Shown here: positions 15,945-24,691 of the stretch, in pieces
Position numbering within the stretch: the stretch's first letter is position 1
How the letters are laid out: the number at the start of each line of letters is the position of its first letter
IMG/VR virus record: IMGVR_UViG_3300048574_000056
Location: 1 to 24,691 of that record
From: a virus
Taxonomy: Duplodnaviria > Caudoviricetes
Strand: one strand, 5' to 3'
DNA length: 24,691 nucleotides
Translations under genes and position numbers: made by a program
The notes under the pieces: model-generated
Seen by the model: the letters and a program-made list of their open reading frames with translations, nothing else
The model's database searches: none
Told to the model about the DNA's origin: nothing

Positions 15945-16114
15945 CTCCGGCCGCGCGCGAGCTCGTCGGGCTCGCGCGCGCCGCCGGATTCGGGCTCGCA
16001 GACCTCGCGAACGCCCCCCACCACCTCTACGCCGCCGTCGCCGAGTCGGTCGAGAAGGAGACCAAGCAACGCCGCGCCGAGCTCCTGCGGTCGCGGTACC
16101 GGCAGCGACGCTAG
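15684..16114 (+). CDS. Tail assembly chaperone, long form (gpGT-like, about 143 aa) via -1 programmed frameshift
   Basis: X XXY YYZ heptamer GGGAAAC at 15932-15938. The -1 frame is open to TAG 16112-16114 (RVTPAARELVGLARAAGFGLADLANAPHHLYAAV...RRAELLRSRYRQRR). Confidence 0.85.
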
Positions 16115-16122
16115 GAGGAGCG

Positions 16123-16698
16123 ATGCGGAGGGCGCAGGGCCTGACGATCGACGTCCGCGGTCTGCAGACCGTCGACCGGGCACTGCGCGACATCGACCCC
16201 GGGCTGCGTCGCGCGTTCTACCGCGACCTCGGCTCGGTGATCAAGGCGCGCGTCCAGGCTGCGAAGAAGGCCACGCCGTTCAAGCGGAAGAAGAAGGGCG
16301 CCAAGGGCGGGCACGCCCGGACCCTGACGTACCTCACCAAGGCCGGCGCGAAGCGCGACCTCCGCACCGGCGTCAAGCGCGGGCTGTTCTCGTTCGTCGC
16401 GATCTCCGCCGCACCGCACGCCTCGATCATCGACCTCGCCCAGCAGGGCCACAGCAAGCAGGGCCGGACCCTCGTCGCGACGCTGAACGAACGCTACGGG
16501 CCGGCGCCCCGGTTCCTCGGCCGCCAGATGCTGCCCGGCGAGGGCAACGGCGACAGCCTGTACCGCGAGTCGCAGGACATCGTCGACAAGTACGTGCGCG
16601 AGGTCAACGCCCGCCTCCGCGGCGCCGGCGCCGCCGGCGGCATGACTGTCAAGCAGGGCTCGGCCGCGAAGCGCCTCGTGAGCGGCGGTGCCCGATGA
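16123..16698 (+). CDS. Basic HK97 gp10-like/neck-type virion morphogenesis protein (191 aa)
   Basis: AGGAGGAG SD. IDVRGLQTVDRALR...TP...APHASII...PRFL resembles the HK97 gp10 family pattern. Confidence 0.6.
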   Translation: MRRAQGLTIDVRGLQTVDRALRDIDPGLRRAFYRDLGSVIKARVQAAKKATPFKRKKKGAKGGHARTLTYLTKAGAKRDLRTGVKRGLFSFVAISAAPHASIIDLAQQGHSKQGRTLVATLNERYGPAPRFLGRQMLPGEGNGDSLYRESQDIVDKYVREVNARLRGAGAAGGMTVKQGSAAKRLVSGGAR

Positions 16699-19600
16699 GC
16701 GCCATCGTCATCTCCGTCACCGGCGACTACAACGGGAAGGACATCGCCAACGCCCGCCGGGACCTGAACAAGCTCGAGAAGGCCGCCGGCGGCTCCGGCT
16801 TCAAGTCGTTCGGCGAGAAGCTGAAGGGCTGGGGCGACTCCATCAGCTCGGCCGGCAAGAAGCTGACCGTCGGCGTCACCCTGCCCCTCGTCGCGCTCGG
16901 CGTGCTCTCCGTGAACACGGCGGCCGAGTTCGAGACCACGATGAACCAGCTCGCCGCCGCGACGAGCGCGCCAGCAGCGCAGGTCAAGAAACTCTCCGAC
17001 CTCGCCACCGAGCTCGGCGCCGAAACCATCTACAGCGCCAACGACGCGGCCGACGCCATGCTCGAGCTCGCCAAGGGCGGCCTCAAGCCGGTGGAGATCG
17101 CCGCCGGCGGCGTGCAGGCGTCGATGGCGCTCGCCGCGACCGAGGGCATGGGCCTGGCCGACGCCAGCACCGTCGTCTCCAACGCGATGTCGACGTTCGG
17201 GATCAAGGCAGCGAAGGCCGGCAAGGTCGCGGACATCCTCGCCGCCGGCAGCATCGCGTCAACGGCGTCCGTGTCCTCCCTCGCCCAGGCGCTCTCGCAG
17301 GTCGGCCCTGGTGCGAAGAACGCCGGCCTCAGCCTCTCCGAGACCGTCGCCGTGCTCGCCGCGTTCGACGCGAAGGGCATCAAGGGCTCCGATGCCGGCA
17401 CGTCGCTGAAGACCATGCTGCAGCGCCTGGTCCCGCAGACCGACGCGGCCGCGGCGATGATGAAGAAGCTCGGCCTCAACTTCGTCGACTCCGAGGGCAA
17501 CTTCAAGTCGATCACGAACGTCGCCAAGCAGCTCCACGACAAGCTCAAGCCGCTCACCGAGGCCGAGCGCGCCCAGGCCCTCCAGGTCATGTTCGGCAGC
17601 GACGCGACCCGCGCCGCGACCGTCCTGATGAACCTCGGCAAGAAGGGCCTCGACGAGTACACGACGGCGACCAAGGAACAGGGCAAGGCCCAGGAGCTCG
17701 CCAACGCCCGCATGTCCGGCACCGCCGGCGCGATCGAGAAGGCCAAGGGCTCGATCGAGACCGCCATGAAGGCGATCGGCGACGCCCTCGCGCCGCTCGT
17801 CGAGAAGGTCGCCGGCTGGATCGAGCAGGCCGCGTCCGCGTTCGCCGGCCTCGACCCGCACATGCAGCAGATCATCATGATCTTCGGTCTCGTCGCCGCG
17901 GCCGCCGGCCCGGTGCTGATCGTCCTGGGGTCCCTCGTCACCGCGGTCGGCGCGATCGCCGGCGTCTTCGGCGCGGTCTCCCTGCCGGTGCTGGCCGTCG
18001 TCGCGGCGATCGCCGCCGTGGTCGCCGTCGTCGTGCTGCTGTGGAACAAGAGCGAGGCCTTCCGCAACGGGGTCATCGCGATCTGGAACGCGGTCAAGGC
18101 CGCCGTCGCGCAGGCCATCGACGGGCTCAAGGCGAAGCTCGCCGAGAACCAGGACAAGGTCGACGCCCTCAAGGATGGGTTCTCGAAGTTCTGGCAGTTC
18201 CTCCAGACGTACGTGATCCCGGGCGTCGCGAAGTTCTACGAGGTCTACCTCTCGACGCTGATCAAGGTCATCGGCTGGGTGATCGAGAAGGTCATCGACT
18301 TCTACTCGAGCCTCTGGGACTTCATCCAGATGTGCGTCGACGCCGGCCGGAAGGTGTGGGAGTTCGGCGGGAAGGTCAAGGACGCGATCGGCGTCGCCGT
18401 CGACTGGATCAGCCAGCTCCCCGACACCGTCAAGCGGCTCTTCAGCGACGCCGTCAGCTGGTTGTGGGACGCCGGCAAGAACATCGTCATGGGCCTTTGG
18501 AACGGCATCAAGGGTGCCTGGGACTCGATGGTCGCCTGGGTCTCGGAGAAGGTCGACGCGCTGCCCGACGCCGTCAAGACCATCCTGCGGATCCAGTCGC
18601 CCTCCCGTGTGTTCGCCGAGATCGGCAAGCAGATCCCCGCCGGCGTCGCCCTCGGCGTCGACCAGGGCTCCGAGAAGGCCAAGGCCGCCGTCCGGAAGAT
18701 GGGCAAGCAGCTCGCCGCCCTGTCGAAGAAGCAGCTCCAGACCGCCCTCGACAAGGCCACCGACGTCAAGGATGCGAAGACCGACCGGCTGACCAAGCTC
18801 CGCGACTACTTCGACCGGCTCCGCCAGATCGTCGCCGACGGCTTCGACGCACTGAAGGACGAGGCACAGTCCCGCGTCGACGCGATCCAGAGCCAGCTCG
18901 ACGACCTCGTGTCCGCGGCAAGCGACTTCGGCTCGAGCATCCGCCAGGCCTTCTCCGTCACCCTCAGCGCGTCCGGCGACGGCAGCGTGCTCGCACAGTT
19001 CCGACAGGACATCAGCGACGGGCAGGCGTTCCTCGAGCAGGTCAAGCAGCTGCGCGCCGCCGGCCTCAACGAAACCAGCCTGCAGCAGATCATTCAGGCC
19101 GGCGTCCAGCAGGGGAAGCAGATCGCCGACTCCCTGCTCGCCGACGGCCCGGGCGCGATCAATGAGGTCAACCAGCTCCAGGCCGCGTTCCAGGCCCAGG
19201 TCGGCGCGCTCGCCGACGAGATGAGCCAGGCTAAGTTCGGCGCGCAGATCGACCAGGCGCGCGCCGCGCTGCAGGCGGCCCAGGCGTCGTACGCCGCGAT
19301 CGTCGCCCGCGAAGCCGAGCAGCTGGCGCAGCTCGACGCCCTGGGCAAGAAGTTCGGGCTCGAGACCGACAAGATGACGCTGACGCTCGACGACGCGCAA
19401 AAGCAGATCACCGAGATCCTGTCCCACGAGGACACCGCGACCTCGGTCCTCACGGACGCCGTCAGCGAGGTCACGACCGGGCTGCTCGACACCGCCGACA
19501 AGATGGCGCGGAAGGCCGCGGCGCTGCAGCGTGACATCAGCTCGCTCGAGGTCCGGATCGCGGCGATCAACAGCGCGATCGCGGCGAAGCCGGACGGCCG

Positions 19601-19874
19601 GGCGGTCGGTGGCCCGACGGACGCCGGCACGCCGTACTGGGTCGGCGAGCGTGGGCCGGAGATCTTCGTGCCCAGCGTCTCGGGCTCGGTCCTGACGGCG
19701 TCGCAGTCCGCACGGGTCGCCTCGTCGTCGGGCGGCACCGGGCTGGCGCCGCGGATCGTCACGATCGAGGCCGGCGCGGTGGTCGTCCACGCGGCCGGCG
19801 CGGATCCCGCCGACGTCCAGGCCGCCATCGACTCCGCCTTCGCCGACCTCGTCCGGGAGATCAACCGCTCATGA
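16695..19874 (+). CDS. Tape measure protein (1059 aa)
   Basis: TP901-type core (GKKLTVGVTLPL, GIKGSDAGTSLK, MFGSDA), Trp-periodic helical repeats, IQSPSRVF, and C-terminal RAVGGP...YWVGERGPEIFVP. Confidence 0.96.
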   Translation: MSAIVISVTGDYNGKDIANARRDLNKLEKAAGGSGFKSFGEKLKGWGDSISSAGKKLTVGVTLPLVALGVLSVNTAAEFETTMNQLAAATSAPAAQVKKLSDLATELGAETIYSANDAADAMLELAKGGLKPVEIAAGGVQASMALAATEGMGLADASTVVSNAMSTFGIKAAKAGKVADILAAGSIASTASVSSLAQALSQVGPGAKNAGLSLSETVAVLAAFDAKGIKGSDAGTSLKTMLQRLVPQTDAAAAMMKKLGLNFVDSEGNFKSITNVAKQLHDKLKPLTEAERAQALQVMFGSDATRAATVLMNLGKKGLDEYTTATKEQGKAQELANARMSGTAGAIEKAKGSIETAMKAIGDALAPLVEKVAGWIEQAASAFAGLDPHMQQIIMIFGLVAAAAGPVLIVLGSLVTAVGAIAGVFGAVSLPVLAVVAAIAAVVAVVVLLWNKSEAFRNGVIAIWNAVKAAVAQAIDGLKAKLAENQDKVDALKDGFSKFWQFLQTYVIPGVAKFYEVYLSTLIKVIGWVIEKVIDFYSSLWDFIQMCVDAGRKVWEFGGKVKDAIGVAVDWISQLPDTVKRLFSDAVSWLWDAGKNIVMGLWNGIKGAWDSMVAWVSEKVDALPDAVKTILRIQSPSRVFAEIGKQIPAGVALGVDQGSEKAKAAVRKMGKQLAALSKKQLQTALDKATDVKDAKTDRLTKLRDYFDRLRQIVADGFDALKDEAQSRVDAIQSQLDDLVSAASDFGSSIRQAFSVTLSASGDGSVLAQFRQDISDGQAFLEQVKQLRAAGLNETSLQQIIQAGVQQGKQIADSLLADGPGAINEVNQLQAAFQAQVGALADEMSQAKFGAQIDQARAALQAAQASYAAIVAREAEQLAQLDALGKKFGLETDKMTLTLDDAQKQITEILSHEDTATSVLTDAVSEVTTGLLDTADKMARKAAALQRDISSLEVRIAAINSAIAAKPDGRAVGGPTDAGTPYWVGERGPEIFVPSVSGSVLTASQSARVASSSGGTGLAPRIVTIEAGAVVVHAAGADPADVQAAIDSAFADLVREINRS

Positions 19875-22726
19875 GCACGACAACCGTTCGACCCGATGCC
19901 ACCCGCGCCGGCGCGGCCGCGTACACCGTCACCGGAGCCGCCAGCGCGCACGCTGCGACGTCGGACTCCAGCGACGCCTCCTACGTCCGGAAGGCCGCCA
20001 CGGGGACCGCGTCGCTGCTCCTAGCGGCCGCGACGACCGCGATCGGCGGAACCCAGGCCGTGCGCCGCGTCCGGTGCCGCGCCCGGGCGGCCGGCGCCAC
20101 CGACGCGAGCAAGGCCAACCTGTACCTCGGATGCCGCGTCGGCGGCGTCAACTACACCGGATCCGCCGTGCCGCTGCGGGGCGCAGCCGCCATCGGCGAG
20201 ATCGCCGGGCCGTGGGTCACCGCAGCCCCCGACGGCTCGCCGTGGGACCAGGACCGCATCGACGGCCTCCTGGTCCAGTGGACCGACTACGGAGGCGCCG
20301 GCGACGCCAGCACGCTCTACGAGGCGTACGTCGACGTCGACCTGGCGTCCGCCCCGACGACCACCGTCACCGCCCCGACCGGCACCATCACGTCGACGAC
20401 GCTCCCGGACGTCGCGTGGACCTACGCCGATGGCGAGGGCGACGCCCAGGCCTGGTACCAGGTCCGCGTGTTCAGCTCCGCCCAGTTCTCCGTGCCCGGC
20501 TTCGACCCCGAGGTCGCCGCGCCGACATGGGACTCCGGCGTGGTCTCCTCGATCGACACCACGACCACCGTGGGCGAGCACCTGGTCAACGGGGTCTGGC
20601 GCGTGTACGTGCAGACCGCGAAGGCGGTCAACGGCCAGCCGTTCTGGAGCGGCTGGGCGTACTCAACCGTCACGCTCGCTGTCATCCGCCAGCCCGCCCC
20701 GACCCTCGCCGGCTCGTGGGACGCGGCCGCAGGCCGAGTGACATGCACCGTGGAGGGCGACTACCTGCTGCCCGGCTACGCATCGCAGGCGTTCGAGCTG
20801 CAGCGCTCGAGCGACGCCGGCGTGACCTGGCGCGACGTCCGCAACGCCACCGAGCTCGCGCCCCTCACCCCCGACGGCGAGGCGCTGCTCCGCTCGGCCG
20901 CCGTGCTGTGGATCGACTCGCAGCTGTCCCCCACCGACGGCCAGACCATCACGAACCTCGGCACCGGCGGCACGGCCCTCAACGCTCGAGCAGGCTCATC
21001 GGTGTCCGCGGACAGCAACGACCCGAAGCGCCTCACCTTCGAGGGCGTGCCGTACGTCTACCTCCCGGCGGCGGCCAACTATCTCGCAGCCTCCGCAAGT
21101 TCGGCTGACTACGTCGATCTTGACGTCCTAATGCGAGTGGCCTTGGACGATTGGACGCCGGGCACAATCACGTCGCTAGTCGAGCACACACAGGGCGCCG
21201 ATCCCCTTCGCGTTTTCCGGACCACCGTCAACACCAACGGCACGCTCGGGCTGACCTGGTACACCGCGGGGACCGGGGCCAGCTTTGTCTCCGCTACGTC
21301 CACGGTCGCGCCCGGATTCGTCGACGGGCAGGCATATTGGGTCCGCGTGACCGCGCGTTTTGACGTAGGTGGTTCACGCGAAGTGAAGTTCTGGACCGCA
21401 CCAGATTCGCCTGAGGTCCCGGAATCGTGGACCCAGCTCGGGAGCACTCTGACGGGCGCCCCAATCGTCATCCCCGCCGTGACCGCACTAGTCGGGTTCA
21501 ACATAACCGGGATCGGCGGGTTCAGCGCCTATCGGGGAATCGTGCGGAGCTCAATCGACGGCCCCGCAATCATCGACATCGACACCAGCGTCCTCACCTC
21601 CGCGTCGGCGTCGACGTTCACCGCCGTCACTGGCCAGACCGTCACGATCAACCGCTCGAGCTCGGGCAAGAAGGCCGCGGCCGTGATCGCTCCGGTGTGG
21701 CTGTTCGGCACCGACGACTACCTCGAGGTCCCCGACAGCGACCTCCTCGACTTCGCCCCTGGCGACTCGTTCACCGCGATCGTGGTTGCCCGCATGTGGG
21801 GCACGTTCGCGCCGCAGAGCAACGTCGTCCTGTCGAAGCGCAATTCAGGCGGCGCGGCGAGCGCTGGTTGGGAGATCGTCGGCTACAACGGTGCGAGCAG
21901 CGTCGGTTCGCGGATCTTCGACGGGGCGCTGTCGACGTCGCCGTCGCAGACGCTCGTCTCGGGCGCCTTGAGCGTTATGGGCCTGGTCCGCGACACCGTC
22001 GCCGACACGATCGCCGCGACGATGGGAACGGGCAAGAGCGCGATCGCCGACACCACGACGGCCAGCCTCGCTAACTCTGTCCCCCTGCGGGTCGGCGCGA
22101 ACGCCGATTCGACGTTCTACTGTGCACAGATGGAGCTGGTGGCGGCCGCCGTGTTCCGGCGCGCGCTGACACCTGCCGAGCTGGCACAGGTGATCGACTA
22201 CTACTCGACTCCGCGCGGCCCGTGGGCAACTTCGGTCGACTACGAGGCGCCCCGCGGTGGCTCCGTCCTGTACCGCGCGCGCACGCTCGCCGTCGACTCG
22301 CTTGGGACGACGATCGCCTCGCCCTGGTCGACGCCGAGCACCGTGCCCGTCACCCTCGACACGTCCTGGTGGTTCAAGCCGGTCACCGCGCCGTCGCTGG
22401 CGATCGCCGCGGTCCGCGTGGAGGCCGGCCTCGACGTCCGCCAGACGGTCCAGCAGGGCGTCTTTCGGCCCATCGGCCGGGACGGCGCGATCGTCGTCGA
22501 CGGCGGCGCCGGCGGCCTCGACGGCTCGTACACCGTGCACCTGTCGACCCGGGCCGAGTGGGAGGCGCTGCGCGCGCTCCTCGACGCCCGGTCGACCGTC
22601 CTGGTCCAGGACCCGTTCGGCGAGCAGAAGCTCGTCCGGTTCGGCGAGCGGTCCCTCAAGCAGCTCGGCACATACGACAACCCCCAGCGCGTGGTGCAGC
22701 TGGACTACGTCGAGGTCGACGCCTGA
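19871..22726 (+). CDS. Large minor tail protein (951 aa): Fn3-like N-terminus, inserted LamG/ConA-like modules, Dit-like C-terminus
   Basis: First gene after the tape measure. VAWTY.D.EGDAQAWYQVRV...WDSG (Fn3-like). FGTDDYLEVPDSDLLDF...SFT...PLRVG...VFRRALTPAEL (LamG-like). DYEAPRG...YRAR...WWFKP...VFRPIGR...VLVQDP...YVEVDA C-terminus. Confidence 0.85.
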   Translation: MSTTTVRPDATRAGAAAYTVTGAASAHAATSDSSDASYVRKAATGTASLLLAAATTAIGGTQAVRRVRCRARAAGATDASKANLYLGCRVGGVNYTGSAVPLRGAAAIGEIAGPWVTAAPDGSPWDQDRIDGLLVQWTDYGGAGDASTLYEAYVDVDLASAPTTTVTAPTGTITSTTLPDVAWTYADGEGDAQAWYQVRVFSSAQFSVPGFDPEVAAPTWDSGVVSSIDTTTTVGEHLVNGVWRVYVQTAKAVNGQPFWSGWAYSTVTLAVIRQPAPTLAGSWDAAAGRVTCTVEGDYLLPGYASQAFELQRSSDAGVTWRDVRNATELAPLTPDGEALLRSAAVLWIDSQLSPTDGQTITNLGTGGTALNARAGSSVSADSNDPKRLTFEGVPYVYLPAAANYLAASASSADYVDLDVLMRVALDDWTPGTITSLVEHTQGADPLRVFRTTVNTNGTLGLTWYTAGTGASFVSATSTVAPGFVDGQAYWVRVTARFDVGGSREVKFWTAPDSPEVPESWTQLGSTLTGAPIVIPAVTALVGFNITGIGGFSAYRGIVRSSIDGPAIIDIDTSVLTSASASTFTAVTGQTVTINRSSSGKKAAAVIAPVWLFGTDDYLEVPDSDLLDFAPGDSFTAIVVARMWGTFAPQSNVVLSKRNSGGAASAGWEIVGYNGASSVGSRIFDGALSTSPSQTLVSGALSVMGLVRDTVADTIAATMGTGKSAIADTTTASLANSVPLRVGANADSTFYCAQMELVAAAVFRRALTPAELAQVIDYYSTPRGPWATSVDYEAPRGGSVLYRARTLAVDSLGTTIASPWSTPSTVPVTLDTSWWFKPVTAPSLAIAAVRVEAGLDVRQTVQQGVFRPIGRDGAIVVDGGAGGLDGSYTVHLSTRAEWEALRALLDARSTVLVQDPFGEQKLVRFGERSLKQLGTYDNPQRVVQLDYVEVDA

Positions 22727-24108
22727 TGTGGCCGGCCAGCGCCGAGCTGCGGGCGGCCCTCGCGGGACCGCACCGCGTCACCCTGCGCGCGGAGATCTGG
22801 CGCGGCGACCAGTGCATCCTCACCGCCAAGCCGGTCGCCGGCAGCATCACCGACGACCAGACCCGCTCCGTCCGGCGCAGCATCACCGCGGACCTGGTCG
22901 CGCAGCGCGAGCTCCCGACCGTCGCCGACGTCTACGCCACGTACGCGACGCTCGCGGAAGCCGCCCCGACCTACGAGGCGCTCACCGCGCTCGCCGCGCA
23001 GTACAGCCAGCTCGCCGCCCTGGTCGACCAGGTGATCGGCTCACGCCCGGACCCGCTGATGCCGGGCTCTGGTGCGGCCGACCCGCTCGCCCCGTACGGC
23101 AATGAGCTGCGCGTCTGGCGCGGCGTGTTCGTGCAGGTCGAGATCCCGCCGAGCTACTCGTCGCTGACGGCCCCGACGTACGACGCGCTCGGCGCGCAGT
23201 ACTCCACCTACGGGCAGATGGCTCAGGACGTGCAGCAGGTCGAGGTCGTCGAGGAGGTCCCGCTCGGGGTCTTCGCGCTGACCGAGTACGACGCCGAGGA
23301 CTCGGGGGCGGAGATCCGCATCACCGTGCAGGGCGAGGACCGCTCACGACGGATCTCGCGGAACCGGTGGTCTCAGCCGTACGCGATCGCCGCGGGCACG
23401 CCGGCGGTCGACGCGATCGCGGATCTGCTCCGCGACCGCTGGGACGACGTCGACGTCGTCGTCGAGACCTCGTCGACGGCGACCGTCGGGAAGGCCGTGC
23501 TCGGCCAGGAGACCGACAACGACCCGTGGGCCGACGCCCGCAAGATCGCGAAGGCCGTCGGCCTCGATGTCTACTTCGACGTCGTCGGCCGCGCCGTCAT
23601 CACCGACGTCGTCGACGTCGACGGCGCATCCCCGACCTCCCGCTTCGTCGTCGGGCAGACCGGGACCGCCACCCGCATGCGCCGCGGCGCCGACGCCGCC
23701 ACCGCGTACAACGGGTGGATCGTGACCGGCGAGGGCACGTCGACGGAGACCCCGGTGCGGGCCGAGGCGTGGGACGACGACCCGACCAGCCCGACGTGGG
23801 TCGACGGACCGTACGGCCGCGTTCCCCGGTTCTACTCGAGTTCGATGATCACCACGGTCGAGCAGGCGCAGCGCACCGCGGCCGCCATGCGAGCCCGCGC
23901 CGTCGGCATCGCCGAGACCCTCGACTGGAGCGCCGTGGTCGACCCGACCGTCCACGCCGGCGACGTCGCGCTCGTCGTCAACCCCGCGCTCCGGGTCTCA
24001 CGGCTCGTCGTCCTGGACTCCGTCGAGATCCCGCTCGCCGTCACCGACGGCATGACCGCGACCGGCCGGCGAGTCGCCGACACCACGGACGAGGAGAACG
24101 CCGAATGA
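22726..24108 (+). CDS. Minor tail/baseplate hub-like protein (460 aa; DUF5047-like)
   Basis: MWPASAELRAAL..PH, GSIT.D....VRR, LAPYGNEL...RG, VPLGVF, YNGWIVTGE, GPYGRVPRFYSSSMITT.EQA. Confidence 0.85.
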   Translation: MWPASAELRAALAGPHRVTLRAEIWRGDQCILTAKPVAGSITDDQTRSVRRSITADLVAQRELPTVADVYATYATLAEAAPTYEALTALAAQYSQLAALVDQVIGSRPDPLMPGSGAADPLAPYGNELRVWRGVFVQVEIPPSYSSLTAPTYDALGAQYSTYGQMAQDVQQVEVVEEVPLGVFALTEYDAEDSGAEIRITVQGEDRSRRISRNRWSQPYAIAAGTPAVDAIADLLRDRWDDVDVVVETSSTATVGKAVLGQETDNDPWADARKIAKAVGLDVYFDVVGRAVITDVVDVDGASPTSRFVVGQTGTATRMRRGADAATAYNGWIVTGEGTSTETPVRAEAWDDDPTSPTWVDGPYGRVPRFYSSSMITTVEQAQRTAAAMRARAVGIAETLDWSAVVDPTVHAGDVALVVNPALRVSRLVVLDSVEIPLAVTDGMTATGRRVADTTDEENAE

Positions 24109-24691
24109 GCACTGGCACGCGCGCCGTCGCCGCGCGGCTGCGCGACGATGCACCCGCCCTGCGCTACCGCTGGGGCACGATCCAGTACATCGACGTCGGG
24201 ACGCACACCTGCACGATCACCCTCGGCGGGTCCGACGTCGAGATCCCGGAGGTCCGGTACGCCGCGCACCTCGCCCCGGTGCCGGGCGCAACTTGCTACG
24301 TCGCGACCGACGGATCCGACCTGTTCATCGCAGGCATGCTCGCCGGCGACGGTCCCCCGCTCGCCCCGACCGCGTACCGCGCCGCCGACCTTTCGGTCGC
24401 CGACGCCACCGATACCGCCGTCACCTGGTCGGGTGCGACGGCGGACCCCTGGGGCTGCTGGGATGCCGGCGCACCCAACCGCCTCGACGCCCCGACGGTC
24501 GGGCGGTACCTCATCATCGCGGCCGCGCAGTTCGCCGCGGCCGCCAACGGCTTCCGCGCCGCGTGGATCACCGTGAACGGCTCCGAGGTCGCCCGCTCGT
24601 CAGCGCCCACGGCTGGCACTGCTGCGCCGATCTCGCTCAACCTGACGTCCCCTCCGGTGTCCCTCGGCCGCGGCGACGAGGTGCAGCTGCT
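24105..24691 (+). CDS. 3'-truncated minor tail protein: OB-fold-like N-terminus plus C1q/TNF-like beta domain (possible receptor-binding protein)
   Basis: GAGGAG SD and ATGA overlap; open to the window end. RWGTI...VRYAAHLAPVPG...LFIAG is followed by RLDAPTVGRYLI.A...F...ITVNG...LGRGDEVQL. Confidence 0.75.
   Translation, partial: MSTGTRAVAARLRDDAPALRYRWGTIQYIDVGTHTCTITLGGSDVEIPEVRYAAHLAPVPGATCYVATDGSDLFIAGMLAGDGPPLAPTAYRAADLSVADATDTAVTWSGATADPWGCWDAGAPNRLDAPTVGRYLIIAAAQFAAAANGFRAAWITVNGSEVARSSAPTAGTAAPISLNLTSPPVSLGRGDEVQL

Larger units (their letters stand above)
1..24691 (+). mobile_element. Tailed phage (siphovirus, HK97-fold head) genome or prophage segment, probably infecting an actinobacterium
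   Basis: Canonical order terS-terL-portal-protease-capsid-connectors-major tail-chaperone-tape measure-minor tails. Genes are tightly packed with ATGA/TGATG/GTGA overlaps. The sequence is very GC-rich. No integrase or att site is in the window, so prophage versus free phage cannot be decided. Confidence 0.97.

Noticed and set aside
7371-19790. Very long antisense and alternate-frame ORFs (e.g. 7371-9128, 9134-10435, 11186-12661, 16688-19165, 17259-19790)
   Set aside because: These are shadow ORFs expected from extreme GC3 bias. Their translations are Arg/Pro/Gly-rich or mirror the sense codons and show no recognisable motifs.
1-24691. CRISPR arrays, tRNA/rRNA genes, integrase/att sites, DGR-type template/variable repeats, lysis genes
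   Set aside because: No regularly spaced repeats, cloverleaf-like sequences, recombinase, reverse transcriptase or lysin motifs were seen by eye in this window.

Overview
The whole window is a high-GC, actinobacteriophage-like siphovirus genome or prophage segment, with almost all genes on the + strand. Positions 1-5318 hold the end of an early/middle operon: a ParB-like C-terminus, small Zn-finger and HTH proteins, an ASCH + PD-(D/E)xK fusion and a SNF2 helicase. A single antisense lipoprotein gene follows, then an HNH endonuclease and a probable cos region. The rest is an HK97-type morphogenesis module: terS, terL, an Sm-like protein, portal, prohead protease, major capsid, head fiber, connectors, major tail, a frameshifted tail chaperone, tape measure and minor tail proteins. 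The most striking non-gene signal is six + strand copies of the motif CGGGTGAC-N6-C-N2-A-N3-T, all in the late region. In four copies a start codon begins exactly 28 nt after the first base of the motif. This places the conserved A and T at -11 and -7 and CGGGTGAC at -28..-21, suggesting a phage-specific, largely leaderless late promoter class with a '-26-type' element instead of a -35 element. All protein family calls come from motif recognition and synteny by eye; no database searches were run.
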